Source: an uncultured Actinomycetes bacterium (GTDB taxonomy: Bacteria; Actinomycetota; Acidimicrobiia; IMCC26256; PALSA-555). Taken from it: a DNA stretch of 64,000 bases. Each line of letters opens with the position of its first letter. The first letter of the stretch is position 1. A program made the translations under genes and the position numbers. The stretch is taken from positions 178 to 64,177 of the forward strand of contig CALEYV010000107.1 in the NCBI GenBank assembly GCA_937927875.1. Reading direction: 5' to 3'. The notes under the pieces were generated by a model, which ran no database searches, had not been told where the DNA came from, and saw only the letters and a list, made by a program, of their open reading frames with translations. This document shows, in pieces, positions 37,954 through 46,952 of the stretch.

Positions 37954-38616
37954 GTGGTCTCGATGACGCTCGAGCAGCCGCCGCCGGACCAGCCGCCCGC
38001 CCCGGTCGGGATGGCCTGGCTCGACCCGCCCGCCTGGGCGGGCAGCCTCCACGGATTCGTCGAGGCGGTCCTCGACGTCGCGGTGCGGCGGGCGGTCGAG
38101 GAGCCGCTCCCGGTGCACACCGCCGCCGACGTCCGCGAGGCGGCCCAGGCCCCCTCCGGCGTCGGCCTCACGACCTTCGTGGTCCCGGCCGTGGCCCGCT
38201 TCGCCGGCCGCTGGTCGAAGCGCGTCGTGAAGCTGGGGTCGAGGCTGTCGTTCTCGGTGAAGGCGCTCCTGCAGGCGGTGCCGCCGCTGGCGACCTCCGC
38301 CACCCTCGGCACCCGCGAGCTCCACGCGCTGGCGTCGCTGGTGGTGAACCGCCTGCGCGCCGAGGGCCTGCCCGTCGACCGGCGGTTCGTGCAGCGCGTG
38401 ACCGTCAACGCCTACGTGTGGCCCGGTGGGGGCCGCCCCCTCGAGGAGGCGCAGGCCCCGGCGGTGGTGCGGCTGGCCGGGCTGTGGGCGACGCGGCCGC
38501 TGGCCGGCGAGAAGGCCGGGGACTGGGTCGGGCGGGCCGCCGCCACGATCGAGGCCGCCGACCTCGGGCGCCGCCTCGCCCGCTACCACGGCGGGCCGGC
38601 CGCGCTCGGCCCGTAG
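37954..38616 (+). CDS. Hypothetical soluble protein (about 220 aa)
   Basis: Protein-like composition and high GC3. The antisense 364-aa ORF is Arg/Gly/His-rich. Start is GTG 37954 or ATG 37963. Confidence 0.55.
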   Translation: MVSMTLEQPPPDQPPAPVGMAWLDPPAWAGSLHGFVEAVLDVAVRRAVEEPLPVHTAADVREAAQAPSGVGLTTFVVPAVARFAGRWSKRVVKLGSRLSFSVKALLQAVPPLATSATLGTRELHALASLVVNRLRAEGLPVDRRFVQRVTVNAYVWPGGGRPLEEAQAPAVVRLAGLWATRPLAGEKAGDWVGRAAATIEAADLGRRLARYHGGPAALGP

Positions 38617-38631
38617 CGGGCCCGGCGCCGC

Positions 38632-39213
38632 TCAGGCGGCGTCTTGGTGGGCGACCCGCCAGGCCGCGATGGCGGTCTCGAGCTCGGCGTCGCGCTCCAG
38701 CTCGGCGACCGCGGCCCGCAGCTCGGGGGTGAGGGGGCTCACGCGGGCCAGCCGGCGCCGGAAGATGGCGACCAGCTGGCGGTGGTGGTCGAGCACCTGC
38801 GGCGGCGGGTCGTCGTGGCGCGCGAACGCGACGCTGCCGTGGCGGCGCACCTCCCGGACGAGCTCTTGGACCTCCCGGACCGTCACCGCCGCGCACACGC
38901 GCAGCACCGACGGGTCCGTCTCCTCCTCAAGCCGGGCCGGGTCGGCCAGGACCTCGGTGCAGAGAACGACGAGGCGGGCCGTCTTCTTGCCGACCCGTTC
39001 GCGCAGCTCGCGGCGGTCGAGCTCGGCGCCGCGGGTGGCGTCGACGATCATGCCGGCGATGGCCTCGCGCCGTGACCCGCCGTCACCGAGCACGAGCGAC
39101 GCGACGCCGAGGACCTGCGCCACCGACGGCGACTGGGTGCCGGTGGCGGCGTGCAGCTCGGTGGCCCAGTTGGCGGCGGCGAAGAAGCGCTTCCCGACGT
39201 GGAAGTCCGTCAC
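38632..39213 (-). CDS. Hypothetical protein, possibly a degenerate HD (RelA/SpoT-hydrolase-like) fold
   Basis: GTG at 39213 is the first start after the upstream stop at 39276. Helical protein whose spacing resembles HD-domain helices, but with the His/Asp positions substituted (LVLGDGG). Confidence 0.5.
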   Translation of the reverse strand: MTDFHVGKRFFAAANWATELHAATGTQSPSVAQVLGVASLVLGDGGSRREAIAGMIVDATRGAELDRRELRERVGKKTARLVVLCTEVLADPARLEEETDPSVLRVCAAVTVREVQELVREVRRHGSVAFARHDDPPPQVLDHHRQLVAIFRRRLARVSPLTPELRAAVAELERDAELETAIAAWRVAHQDAA

Positions 39214-39275
39214 GGGCTCGAACCTACCGAGCCCGGTCGGCGCCGCGGTGGACCCGGAGCGCCTGCCGGATCGGG

Positions 39276-40226
39276 CTACGCGGCCTGCTCCGGATGGTCG
39301 AGGAGCTCGTCGAGCTCGGCCCGCTCCGCCGCGCTGAGCGTCCACGCCGTCGTCGCGGCGGCGTTGGCGAGCACCTGGTCCGGCGCCGTGGCGCCGGCGA
39401 TGACGCTCGACACGAGCGGGTTCGAGGCCAGCCACGACAGCGCCAGCTCGGGCAGCGTGTGCCCGTGCGCGGTCGCGAAGGCTCGCAGCCGCTCCACGGC
39501 CGCGAAGCGCTCGTCGCTCAGCAGCCGGCCGACCCGGTCCTGGGGCCAGCGCGCCAGCCGGGTGCCGGGGGGCGGCGGCTCGCCCGCCGCGTACTTGCCG
39601 GTGAGCAGCCCGCTCGCGAGCGGGAAGTAGGGAACGAGGCTCATGCCGAGGCGCTCGCAGGCGGGCAGCACCGCCGCCTCGGGCTCGCGGTGCAAGAGGC
39701 TGTACTCGTTCTGCACCGCCTCGAACCCCGGCCCGCCGAGCGACCCCGCCGCTGTGGCCGCCTCATCGAGCTGTTCGGCCGAGAAGTTCGAGCAGCCGAG
39801 CTCGCGCACGGTGCCGGCGTCGACGAGGCGCTGGAGGGCCTCGAGCGTGTCGCCGATCGGCGTCTTCGGATCCGGCGCGTGGAGCCAGTACAGGTCGATG
39901 TAGTCGGTGCCGAGCCGGCGGAGGCTCTCCTCGACCGCTTGCGGGACCCACTGCGGGTCGCCGCCGGTGAGCCCCTCCGGGGGCGGGCGCATCCCGAACT
40001 TCGTCGCGACGACGACCTCGGAGCGCTGGGACCCGAGGGCGCGGCCGAGGAACTCCTCGGACTGCCCGCCCCCGTACAGGTCGGCGGTGTCGAAGTGGTT
40101 CACGCCGGCGTCGAGGGCGGCCGCCACCACGGCCCGGGCCCCGTCCTCGTCGATTCGGCTCCCGAAGTTGTTGCAGCCCAGCCCCGCCACCGAGACCTGC
40201 AGCTCGCCGATCGCTCGTGTCTCCAT
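39276..40226 (-). CDS. Aldo/keto reductase
   Basis: ATG at 40226 (METRAIGELQVS). GVNHFDTADLYGGG, DLYWLHAPD, GCSNF, NEYSLL. Confidence 0.9.
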   Translation of the reverse strand: METRAIGELQVSVAGLGCNNFGSRIDEDGARAVVAAALDAGVNHFDTADLYGGGQSEEFLGRALGSQRSEVVVATKFGMRPPPEGLTGGDPQWVPQAVEESLRRLGTDYIDLYWLHAPDPKTPIGDTLEALQRLVDAGTVRELGCSNFSAEQLDEAATAAGSLGGPGFEAVQNEYSLLHREPEAAVLPACERLGMSLVPYFPLASGLLTGKYAAGEPPPPGTRLARWPQDRVGRLLSDERFAAVERLRAFATAHGHTLPELALSWLASNPLVSSVIAGATAPDQVLANAAATTAWTLSAAERAELDELLDHPEQAA

Positions 40227-40471
40227 GTCGTCACGCTCCGTCGCGTCGTCGGTGCCCGAGCCGGGCGGCGGCCCGCCGCACCGGTTGCATTTCGCCCAAC
40301 CTGAGCGCGCGCTGAGAGCGCTCATCGACCGCTGGGGGGTTCTTTACGCCGGGCTGATGCGGCGCTGCCTACGTTACGCGGGAAGCGGCCTCCCGAGCTC
40401 GGCGCTGGGTTCCAGAGCAAGGCGTCGGGTGGGGCGGCTCGTGGCTCCCGGCCGGAAGCTGCCCGCACAGA

Positions 40472-40511
40472 CCCCCCGGGCCGGGAACCGGGCGAGCCGT
40501 CCCCCGGGGGG
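40472..40511 (-). terminator. Hairpin just downstream of the GT-C-like gene
   Basis: CCCCCCGGG ... CCCGGGGGG: 9-bp arms enclosing a nested CCGG-gaa-CCGG hairpin. It starts 13 nt after the stop at 40524. Confidence 0.35.
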
Positions 40512-40523
40512 CCGCGCCGCTCG

Positions 40524-41939
40524 TCACGACCGGGCGAGCGCGGCCGCCTCCTCAGCCGGGCGGCGGTCCCGGGCCGCCGCGAAGGCGACCAGCAGCACCA
40601 GCGGCAGCGCGTAGGCGAAGGTGCCCCGCAGGACGGTGTCGGCGACGCCGCCGGTGTGGTGGGTGGGCAGCTTCCACGCCGCCAGCAACACCACCGCCTG
40701 CAGCCACAGCACCCACGCCAGCGGAGACGGGCGTCGCTCCGTCACGACGGGCAACGCCCACCCCGCGTACCACGGGAGCGTGTACTCGGCCGCCACCGCG
40801 TACGACGCGGTGGCGGCGCCGGCGGCGAGCTCGAGCCGGTCGGCGCGCGCCCACCGCCACGCCAGGCCCAGAGCCAGCACCGCGACGAGCGCCAGCGACA
40901 CGTAGAAGAGCACGTCGAGGGTGGAGTTCGACGGCATCAGGCCCGGCAGGTCTCGCCCCGCGTCCTTGCCGACGAACAGCTGGGCCGGCAGGTTCCACGG
41001 CGATCCCGGCGTCACGGCGTGGTCGGCCCCCGACAGGACGTGCGACTGCCCGGCCACGAACGGCAGGTACACGACGCCCACCAGGCCGACCGTCGCCACC
41101 GCCGCGCGCGTCGCGACCCGCCGGTCCCCCCGCCGCCACGCCCACAGCAGGACGGGCGGCAGCGCCACCAGGCTCGTCACCTTGACGAGCGAGGCGACCG
41201 CGATCGCGACGCCGGCCGCGGCACCGCGCCGCTCGGCGACCAGCACCACCGCGGCGAGGATCGCGAGGCCGATGAACGCTTCGATCTGCCCGCTGTTCAC
41301 GATGATGGCGCCGAACACCGGGTGGAGGCCGAGGAACGCGAGCGCGGCCGGGCTGCGCGTCCGCCGCCAGACCAGCGCCAGCGCGGCGATGACGACGAGC
41401 GCGGCGCCGAGCTGGAAGAGGAGCCGGTCCACCGTCCGCGAGTCGCCGGCGGCGAAGGTCAGCGCCGCCGCGTAGGCGACGAACGCGGGGCCGTACACCG
41501 AGCCCCGGTGCTGCCAGATCGGGCTGACGAGGTGCTGGAAGGGGTCGGACTTGAAGTCGGCCGGCACGTGGGCGTACGGGCTGGCGTGGTGCACGCTGAC
41601 CATCCGGCCGTACATGGTGTAGGACCACACGTCGTTCGACGAGCGCGGCCCGACCGACACCGCGACGAGCAGCACGACCCCGATCGCGGCGACGACCGGC
41701 CGGGGCCCGAGGCGGGGCCGGCGGGCTTCGAGGAGCGCCACGCCGCCGCCGGTCGCGGCGGCGCCGAGGACGAGCAGCGTGCTCGCCACCGAGTGACGAC
41801 GAGCGACCGTCACCGCGATGAGCAGCGCGGCGGCCGCCACGAGCAGCGCCAGCCGGACGGTGGAGGGTCCCGCGTCGGTCGGGCGGGCGTCCCGGGTCTC
41901 CCGGTCGAGGGACGCCGGCGGCTGGTCCGGCGCGGTCAC
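40524..41939 (-). CDS. Polytopic membrane protein, GT-C-type glycosyltransferase-like (MptB/DUF2029-like)
   Basis: 471 aa, about 12 TM. First extracytoplasmic loop SNDVWSYTMYGR...ASPY...YGP resembles polyprenyl-phosphate-sugar-dependent transferases. Confidence 0.7.
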   Translation of the reverse strand: MTAPDQPPASLDRETRDARPTDAGPSTVRLALLVAAAALLIAVTVARRHSVASTLLVLGAAATGGGVALLEARRPRLGPRPVVAAIGVVLLVAVSVGPRSSNDVWSYTMYGRMVSVHHASPYAHVPADFKSDPFQHLVSPIWQHRGSVYGPAFVAYAAALTFAAGDSRTVDRLLFQLGAALVVIAALALVWRRTRSPAALAFLGLHPVFGAIIVNSGQIEAFIGLAILAAVVLVAERRGAAAGVAIAVASLVKVTSLVALPPVLLWAWRRGDRRVATRAAVATVGLVGVVYLPFVAGQSHVLSGADHAVTPGSPWNLPAQLFVGKDAGRDLPGLMPSNSTLDVLFYVSLALVAVLALGLAWRWARADRLELAAGAATASYAVAAEYTLPWYAGWALPVVTERRPSPLAWVLWLQAVVLLAAWKLPTHHTGGVADTVLRGTFAYALPLVLLVAFAAARDRRPAEEAAALARS

Positions 41940-41993
41940 GATGCCGCGGACGCTAGTCGGCGCCGCCGCGCGCGCCCGGTCGCGCCGCGCCGC

Positions 41994-42236
41994 TCAGAGG
42001 TCGATGAGCGGCTCGGTGTCGCTCGACGGCGGATGCCGTGTCGCGGCGGCCGCGGCGCGCCGTACCGAGATGACGAGGACGACCGCGACCGCGACCGGCA
42101 GCAGCCACCACGGGTTGTAGCCGTCGGCCAGCACGGCCGTCGCGCCAAGCGCGACACCGACGAGGACGGCCGCGAGCCAGTCGTCGCCGACGACGAAGTC
42201 GTACCAGAACCGCGCGAAGCGCCCGAGCCAGCCCAC
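41994..42236 (-). CDS. Small membrane protein (80 aa, 2 TM)
   Basis: GTG start 1 nt after the upstream stop. High GC3. Confidence 0.55.
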   Translation of the reverse strand: MGWLGRFARFWYDFVVGDDWLAAVLVGVALGATAVLADGYNPWWLLPVAVAVVLVISVRRAAAAATRHPPSSDTEPLIDL

Positions 42237-42237
42237 G

Positions 42238-43002
42238 TCAGTCCTGCGTCACCGGCGCGGTCGGCGTCGGGACCACCGCGGTGCGGCGGCGGAGGTCGGC
42301 CACCAGCGCGAACGAGACCGCGACGAAGAACCCGATGAGCCCGAGCAGCGCCAGGTCGGAGCCGGGCCAGGACAGGCCGACGCCCTCGCCGCCCCAGAAC
42401 ACCCCGAACGCGCTCAGCATGATCCCGACCGTGAACTTCAGCGAGTTCTCGGGCACCCGGCTCAGCGGGCGGTGCACGAGCGCCCCGACCGCGGCGACGA
42501 CCACCAGCGCGCCGCCCGCGCCGGCCGCGGCGAGGCCGAGGTGACCCCCGGTGCTCCCGAAGCTCACGACGATGAACACCACCTCGAGGCCCTCGAGCAG
42601 CACGCCCTTGAAGGCCAGGGTGAACGAGTACCAGTCGAGGCTGGCTCGCGTCGTGTGCGCGGCCTGCCTGGACTCCGCGACCTCGCGGGCGAAGATCTTG
42701 TCCTCGTCGTGCAGCGCGCGCACACCGGCCGCGCGCAGGATCGCCTTGCGCAGCCACTGGAGCCCGAACGTGAGGAGCACCGCGCCGACCACGACCCGCA
42801 GTGCCTCGATCGGGATCTCGGTGAGCGCGGGGCCGAGGGCGGCGATGAGCGCCGCGAGGGTGAGGAACGCAGCACCGACGCCGATCGCGGCCGAGCGCCA
42901 GCCGCGCGTCATCCCGACCGCCAGCACGATGGTCAGGGCCTCGACCATCTCCACCCCCGAGGCGAGGGCGGCGCCCAGGACGACCAGGACCTGGGGGGTC
43001 AC
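42238..43002 (-). CDS. Integral membrane protein with internal duplication (GDT1/COG4280-like putative cation transporter)
   Basis: Two homologous halves, each with an acidic TM motif (GVEMVEALTIVLAVG and LLEGLEVVFIVVSFG). Start is GTG 43002 or ATG 43107. Confidence 0.62.
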   Translation of the reverse strand: MTPQVLVVLGAALASGVEMVEALTIVLAVGMTRGWRSAAIGVGAAFLTLAALIAALGPALTEIPIEALRVVVGAVLLTFGLQWLRKAILRAAGVRALHDEDKIFAREVAESRQAAHTTRASLDWYSFTLAFKGVLLEGLEVVFIVVSFGSTGGHLGLAAAGAGGALVVVAAVGALVHRPLSRVPENSLKFTVGIMLSAFGVFWGGEGVGLSWPGSDLALLGLIGFFVAVSFALVADLRRRTAVVPTPTAPVTQD

Positions 43003-43090
43003 GGGGTCCGCCGATCGCTCCGCACGACCCCCATCCTGGTGGATGGCGGCCGGCGGCCGGGATCCAGGGCTCCCGACCGGGCCCTCGGGC

Positions 43091-43612
43091 TCATCGCGGG
43101 CGCTCACCGATGCAGCTGATGGTCCCGTCGGTCTCGAGGACGCAGGCCCGCACGCCGGCGGGGCCGGCGTAGCCGCGGCCGCGCAGCGCGGCGTCGAGGT
43201 CGGGGCGAGTCAAGCCGACCCGTCGCAGGTGGCCTTCGAGGACCTGGCCGTTGTGGACCAGCAGGATCGGGCCGCCGTTGACGAGCTGGCTCAACCGCGG
43301 GGACTTGAGGAACACCCAGCTCAGCAGCCGGTTCAGCACGATCAGCGTGCCGGCGCTGACCAGCCCGGCGGGGAGGGACAGGTCGCCGTGGATCATCGCC
43401 GTCTCCACCGCGCTGCCCAAGAGGAGGACGACGATGAGGTCCAGGACGCTCAGCTGCGCGAGCTGGCGCCGCCCGATGAGCCGGAGGATCGCGATGAGGA
43501 AGAGGTAGATGCCCGCCGTGGTGCCGGCGACGATCAGCAGCACCGGGACCGAGCTGGAATGGGTCGGGGCATGGACGGTGCCGATCAACCCCGCACCCGG
43601 ATGCCACCTCAT
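43091..43612 (-). CDS. DUF421 (YetF-like) membrane protein
   Basis: ATG at 43612. RLIGRRQLAQLSVLDLIVVLLLGSAV, then a soluble C-terminal domain LLVHNGQVLEGHLRR...VLETDGTIS. Confidence 0.8.
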   Translation of the reverse strand: MRWHPGAGLIGTVHAPTHSSSVPVLLIVAGTTAGIYLFLIAILRLIGRRQLAQLSVLDLIVVLLLGSAVETAMIHGDLSLPAGLVSAGTLIVLNRLLSWVFLKSPRLSQLVNGGPILLVHNGQVLEGHLRRVGLTRPDLDAALRGRGYAGPAGVRACVLETDGTISCIGERPR

Positions 43613-43625
43613 GAACGGGATTCGA

Positions 43626-44591
43626 TCATGAGGCCCGGAGAGCGGGGAGGAGCTCGGCTGCCGCCCAGCTGATGAACTGCTCTTGGGTGTCGGCACCGAC
43701 CTGCACCAGGGCCACGTGCGTGTACCCCGCGGCCTCGAACTCGCGAACCCCGGCCACATGACGCCGCACGTCCGGTCCGCACGGCATCTGGGCCGACACG
43801 TCCTCATCGCGCACCGTCCGGGCCGCCTGCTCGAACGAGGCCGGAACTGGGAGCTCGGCGTTGACTCTCCACCCGCCCGTGAACCAGCGGAACTGATCCA
43901 TCGCCCGCTTCGCCGCCGCGCGCTCGTCCGGGTCGTACGACAGCGCGATCTGGCCGATGCGCGGCTTGCCCTCGCCGCCGCCGGCGTCGAACAGCCGACC
44001 GAGCTCGGCGCGGGGCTCGACGGCGATCATCGCGTCGGCGTGGCGACCCGCCAGCCGGCAGCTCGCCGGTCCCGAGACCGCGATCCCGATCGGCGGCGTG
44101 GTTCCGGGCAGGTCCCAGACCCTGGCCGACTCGACCTCGAAGTGCTTGCCCCGATAGGTCACCATCCCGCCGGCCCAGAGCGCCCGGATGATCTCGACTG
44201 CCTCCTCGAGCATCTCGTGACGCACCCGGGCCACCGGCCACCCGCCTCCGACGATGTGCTCGTTCAGGTTCTCGCCCGCGCCGAGCCCGAGGGTGAACCG
44301 TCCGTCGGACAGCAGCTGCATGGTCGCGGCCTTCTGCGCGACCACGGCCGGGTGGTAGCGGCGGAGCGGGCAGGTGACGTAGGTCATGAGCGGGATGCGA
44401 TCAGTGGCCTGGGCGGCCGCTCCGAGCACGCTCCACGCGTACGGGGCATGCCCCTGCGAGTCCAGCCAGGGGAAGTAGTGGTCACTGATGACGGCGAAGT
44501 CGAAGCCCGCTTCCTCGGCGAGGACGACGTCTCGGACGAGCTGCTTCGGACCCGCCTGCTCGCACATCATCGTGTAGCCGATCAGCGTCAC
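43626..44591 (-). CDS. LLM-class F420-dependent oxidoreductase (G6PDH-family type)
   Basis: GTG at 44591 in a GTGA overlap with the upstream gene. IGYTMMCEQAGPKQLV, SDHYFPWL, GLGAGENLNEH, FRWFTGGWRVNAELP. Confidence 0.85.
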   Translation of the reverse strand: MTLIGYTMMCEQAGPKQLVRDVVLAEEAGFDFAVISDHYFPWLDSQGHAPYAWSVLGAAAQATDRIPLMTYVTCPLRRYHPAVVAQKAATMQLLSDGRFTLGLGAGENLNEHIVGGGWPVARVRHEMLEEAVEIIRALWAGGMVTYRGKHFEVESARVWDLPGTTPPIGIAVSGPASCRLAGRHADAMIAVEPRAELGRLFDAGGGEGKPRIGQIALSYDPDERAAAKRAMDQFRWFTGGWRVNAELPVPASFEQAARTVRDEDVSAQMPCGPDVRRHVAGVREFEAAGYTHVALVQVGADTQEQFISWAAAELLPALRAS

Positions 44592-45475
44592 GGCGCCGCT
44601 CCCTCCTCCTCCAGCATCCGCGTCACGACCGTCAGGTCTTCGTCGCCGAGTCCTTGCTCGACGGCGCGCTGCCATTCCTCGGCCAAGCCGGCGAACGCCG
44701 TGAACCGGTCGTCGCCGGCGGCCTCCAAGGCGAGACGGACGTCTTTGAGCGCGAGCGACAGCGCGAACTGGGCCGAGTACTCGCCGCTCGCGATGCGCTG
44801 CAGCTTCGCGTCCTGCCACGCCGACACCAGCGGCCCGTCCCGGAGGGCATCCATCACGCGTTCGGCGTCGAGCCCCAGTCGTCGCGCCAGCGCGATGGAC
44901 GCCGCGATCGCCTCGTTCCCGAACGCAAGCCAGGTGTTGTTGACCACCTTGAGCCGAGATCCCGCGCCGACGCTGCCGGCCCAGATCGTGTGCTGGCCGA
45001 GGGCGTCGAAGAGCGGCGCGACGCGTGCGCGAGCCTCGTCCGGTCCGGAGGCGAAGATGGTCAGGGCACCCTGCTCGGCCGGGTCCTTGCTGCCCGACAC
45101 CGGCGCGTCGACGAGCAGCACGTCCGGACGCTCGCGGTCGACCATCGCAGCGACCGCTTCGATTCCCGACACGCCGATCGTGCTCATCTGCACCCAGACG
45201 GCGCCACGAGCGAGCGCGCCGAGCATGCCCTGGTCACCGGCGATCGAGACGACGGCATCGGCGTTCGTCACCATCGTGGCGACGATGGCGGCGCGCCGGG
45301 CGGCGTCGGCGGCCGTCCCCGCGACCGTCGCGCCGCGCTCGGCCAGGTCCCGGGTCGCGTCGGGCTTGCGGTTCCAGACGACGGTTGGGATCCCGGCTCG
45401 CAAAGTACTGATGGCCATCCCATGACCCATCGCGCCGATCCCGAGGATCGCGACCGTGTCCTGCTCGGCTGCCAT
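44588..45475 (-). CDS. NAD(P)-dependent beta-hydroxyacid / 6-phosphogluconate-dehydrogenase-like oxidoreductase
   Basis: ATG at 45475. Rossmann motif AILGIGAMGHGMA, DAPVSGS, KVVNN. Confidence 0.88.
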   Translation of the reverse strand: MAAEQDTVAILGIGAMGHGMAISTLRAGIPTVVWNRKPDATRDLAERGATVAGTAADAARRAAIVATMVTNADAVVSIAGDQGMLGALARGAVWVQMSTIGVSGIEAVAAMVDRERPDVLLVDAPVSGSKDPAEQGALTIFASGPDEARARVAPLFDALGQHTIWAGSVGAGSRLKVVNNTWLAFGNEAIAASIALARRLGLDAERVMDALRDGPLVSAWQDAKLQRIASGEYSAQFALSLALKDVRLALEAAGDDRFTAFAGLAEEWQRAVEQGLGDEDLTVVTRMLEEEGAAP

Positions 45476-45734
45476 CGGTTGCTCCCTTCGGCCCCGCTCC
45501 CTCGGTTGCCCCCGCCAGCGTCGCGCCCCGCAGCCTCGGTTCGCGTGCCGTACCGGGCCCAGGTGTCGATCCTCGGCCTGCCGCGCTGGAAACCGGCGGG
45601 CCCCTACGATGCCGGCCAGACTTCGACGTGCGTCCCCGGCGCGCCGGTGACCGCCCGGGGCGCCACTCGGTCGGGGACGCAGTCGGTGCCGGCGGTCGGT
45701 GCGGACCACGGCCGCCCTGGATCACGGAGCGAGC

Positions 45735-46265
45735 ATGCACTGGGCTTCGGTGTTCGACCACCCGAACCTCGACGGTGCGCTGACGATCGCGGCCAAGACC
45801 GCGGCCGTCTACCTCTTCCTCGTCGGCGGCCTCCGCCTGTTCGGGAAGCGCGAGCTCGGGCAGCTCAGCCTCTACGACCTCGTGATGATCATCATCCTCG
45901 GCAACGCGGTCCAGAACGCGATGATCAACAACGACAACACCCTCGGTGGTGGGGTCGTGGCCGCCGGCGTGCTGCTCACGATGAACTGGGGCCTCAACCG
46001 GTTCATCATCAGCAACCGGCGGGCCGAACGGTTCCTCGTGGGCGGCCCCGTCCTCATCGTGCACGACGGCCAGCCGCTGCGAGACCGCATGGCCCGGGAG
46101 GGGATCAGCGACGAACAGCTCGCCGCCGCGCTGCGCGAGCACGGCATCGACGACGTCAGCGACGTGCACCTGGCCGTGCTCGAGAGCGACGGCACCATCA
46201 GCGTGGTACCGCAGGGCACCCAGGTCCTGAAGACGCGCCGCCACTACCGCGGCCTCCGGCTGTGA
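45735..46265 (+). CDS. DUF421 (YetF-like) membrane protein
   Basis: ATG at 45735 with a GGAG RBS. RLFGKRELGQLSLYDLVMIIILGNAVQNAM, VLESDGTISV. Confidence 0.8.
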   Translation: MHWASVFDHPNLDGALTIAAKTAAVYLFLVGGLRLFGKRELGQLSLYDLVMIIILGNAVQNAMINNDNTLGGGVVAAGVLLTMNWGLNRFIISNRRAERFLVGGPVLIVHDGQPLRDRMAREGISDEQLAAALREHGIDDVSDVHLAVLESDGTISVVPQGTQVLKTRRHYRGLRL

Positions 46266-46822
46266 CGCTCGTGCTGGCCCTGGCGCCCGTCAGCGCGGGC
46301 CGGGTCGGGGAGCAGGCCGCCAAGACGGCGATCATCGTGGTCGTCCTCCTGGTTGGGTTCCGCCTCACCGGCCGGCGCGAGATCGCGCAGTTCAACGTCT
46401 ACGACCTCGCGATGCTGATGGCGCTCTCCAACGCGGTGCAGAACGCGATGACCGGCGGTCTCGGCAACCTGCCGATCGGCCTCGCCACCTCCAGCACCGT
46501 CGTCATCACCGCCTGGGCCCTGAGCCGGGTGCTGGCCCGCCGGCCCCGGCTCGAGCAGCGGGTGCTCGGCAGCCCCGTCCTGCTCGTGAACGACGGCCGG
46601 GTCATCGACGCTCGCCTCCGCCAGGAGCACGTCTCCCGCGAGGAGCTGGACGAGGCCTGTCGGGAGCACGGCGTCGGCAGCCCCGAGGGCTGCCGCCTCG
46701 TCGTCCTCGAGATCGACGGATCACTCAGCGTGGTACCGGGCGACGCCGACGACCACTCGGCCTCCTCGCCGCCGCCGCCCGACAAGCCCCGCCGCGCCCG
46801 GAGCCGCCGCCGCGGCCACTGA
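46262..46822 (+). CDS. DUF421 (YetF-like) membrane protein
   Basis: GTGA overlap with the preceding paralogue. RLTGRREIAQFNVYDLAMLMALSNAVQNAM, VLEIDGSLSV. Confidence 0.8.
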   Translation: MTLVLALAPVSAGRVGEQAAKTAIIVVVLLVGFRLTGRREIAQFNVYDLAMLMALSNAVQNAMTGGLGNLPIGLATSSTVVITAWALSRVLARRPRLEQRVLGSPVLLVNDGRVIDARLRQEHVSREELDEACREHGVGSPEGCRLVVLEIDGSLSVVPGDADDHSASSPPPPDKPRRARSRRRGH

Positions 46823-46952
46823 GCGTGATGGGCCCGGCCGCGGCCCAGAGCCCAATGCCGGCGCCGATTCTCGTCAAGTCCGGGGCCGGGTTGGTCGTCA
46901 ATGAAGGGGTGAGACGGGGCTACCGGACGCTCCGCGATCGCCTGCACCAGCC

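Noticed and set aside
40302-40324. Inverted repeat TGAGCGC-N9-GCGCTCA upstream of the aldo/keto reductase gene
   Set aside because: It has 7-bp GC-rich arms, I recognise no partner regulator nearby, and I can show no second copy. Kept as a note only.
45636-45647. 12-bp palindrome CCGGCGCGCCGG
   Set aside because: Pure G/C palindromes of this size are expected by chance at this base composition. I mention it only as part of the larger stem in the 45476-45734 finding.
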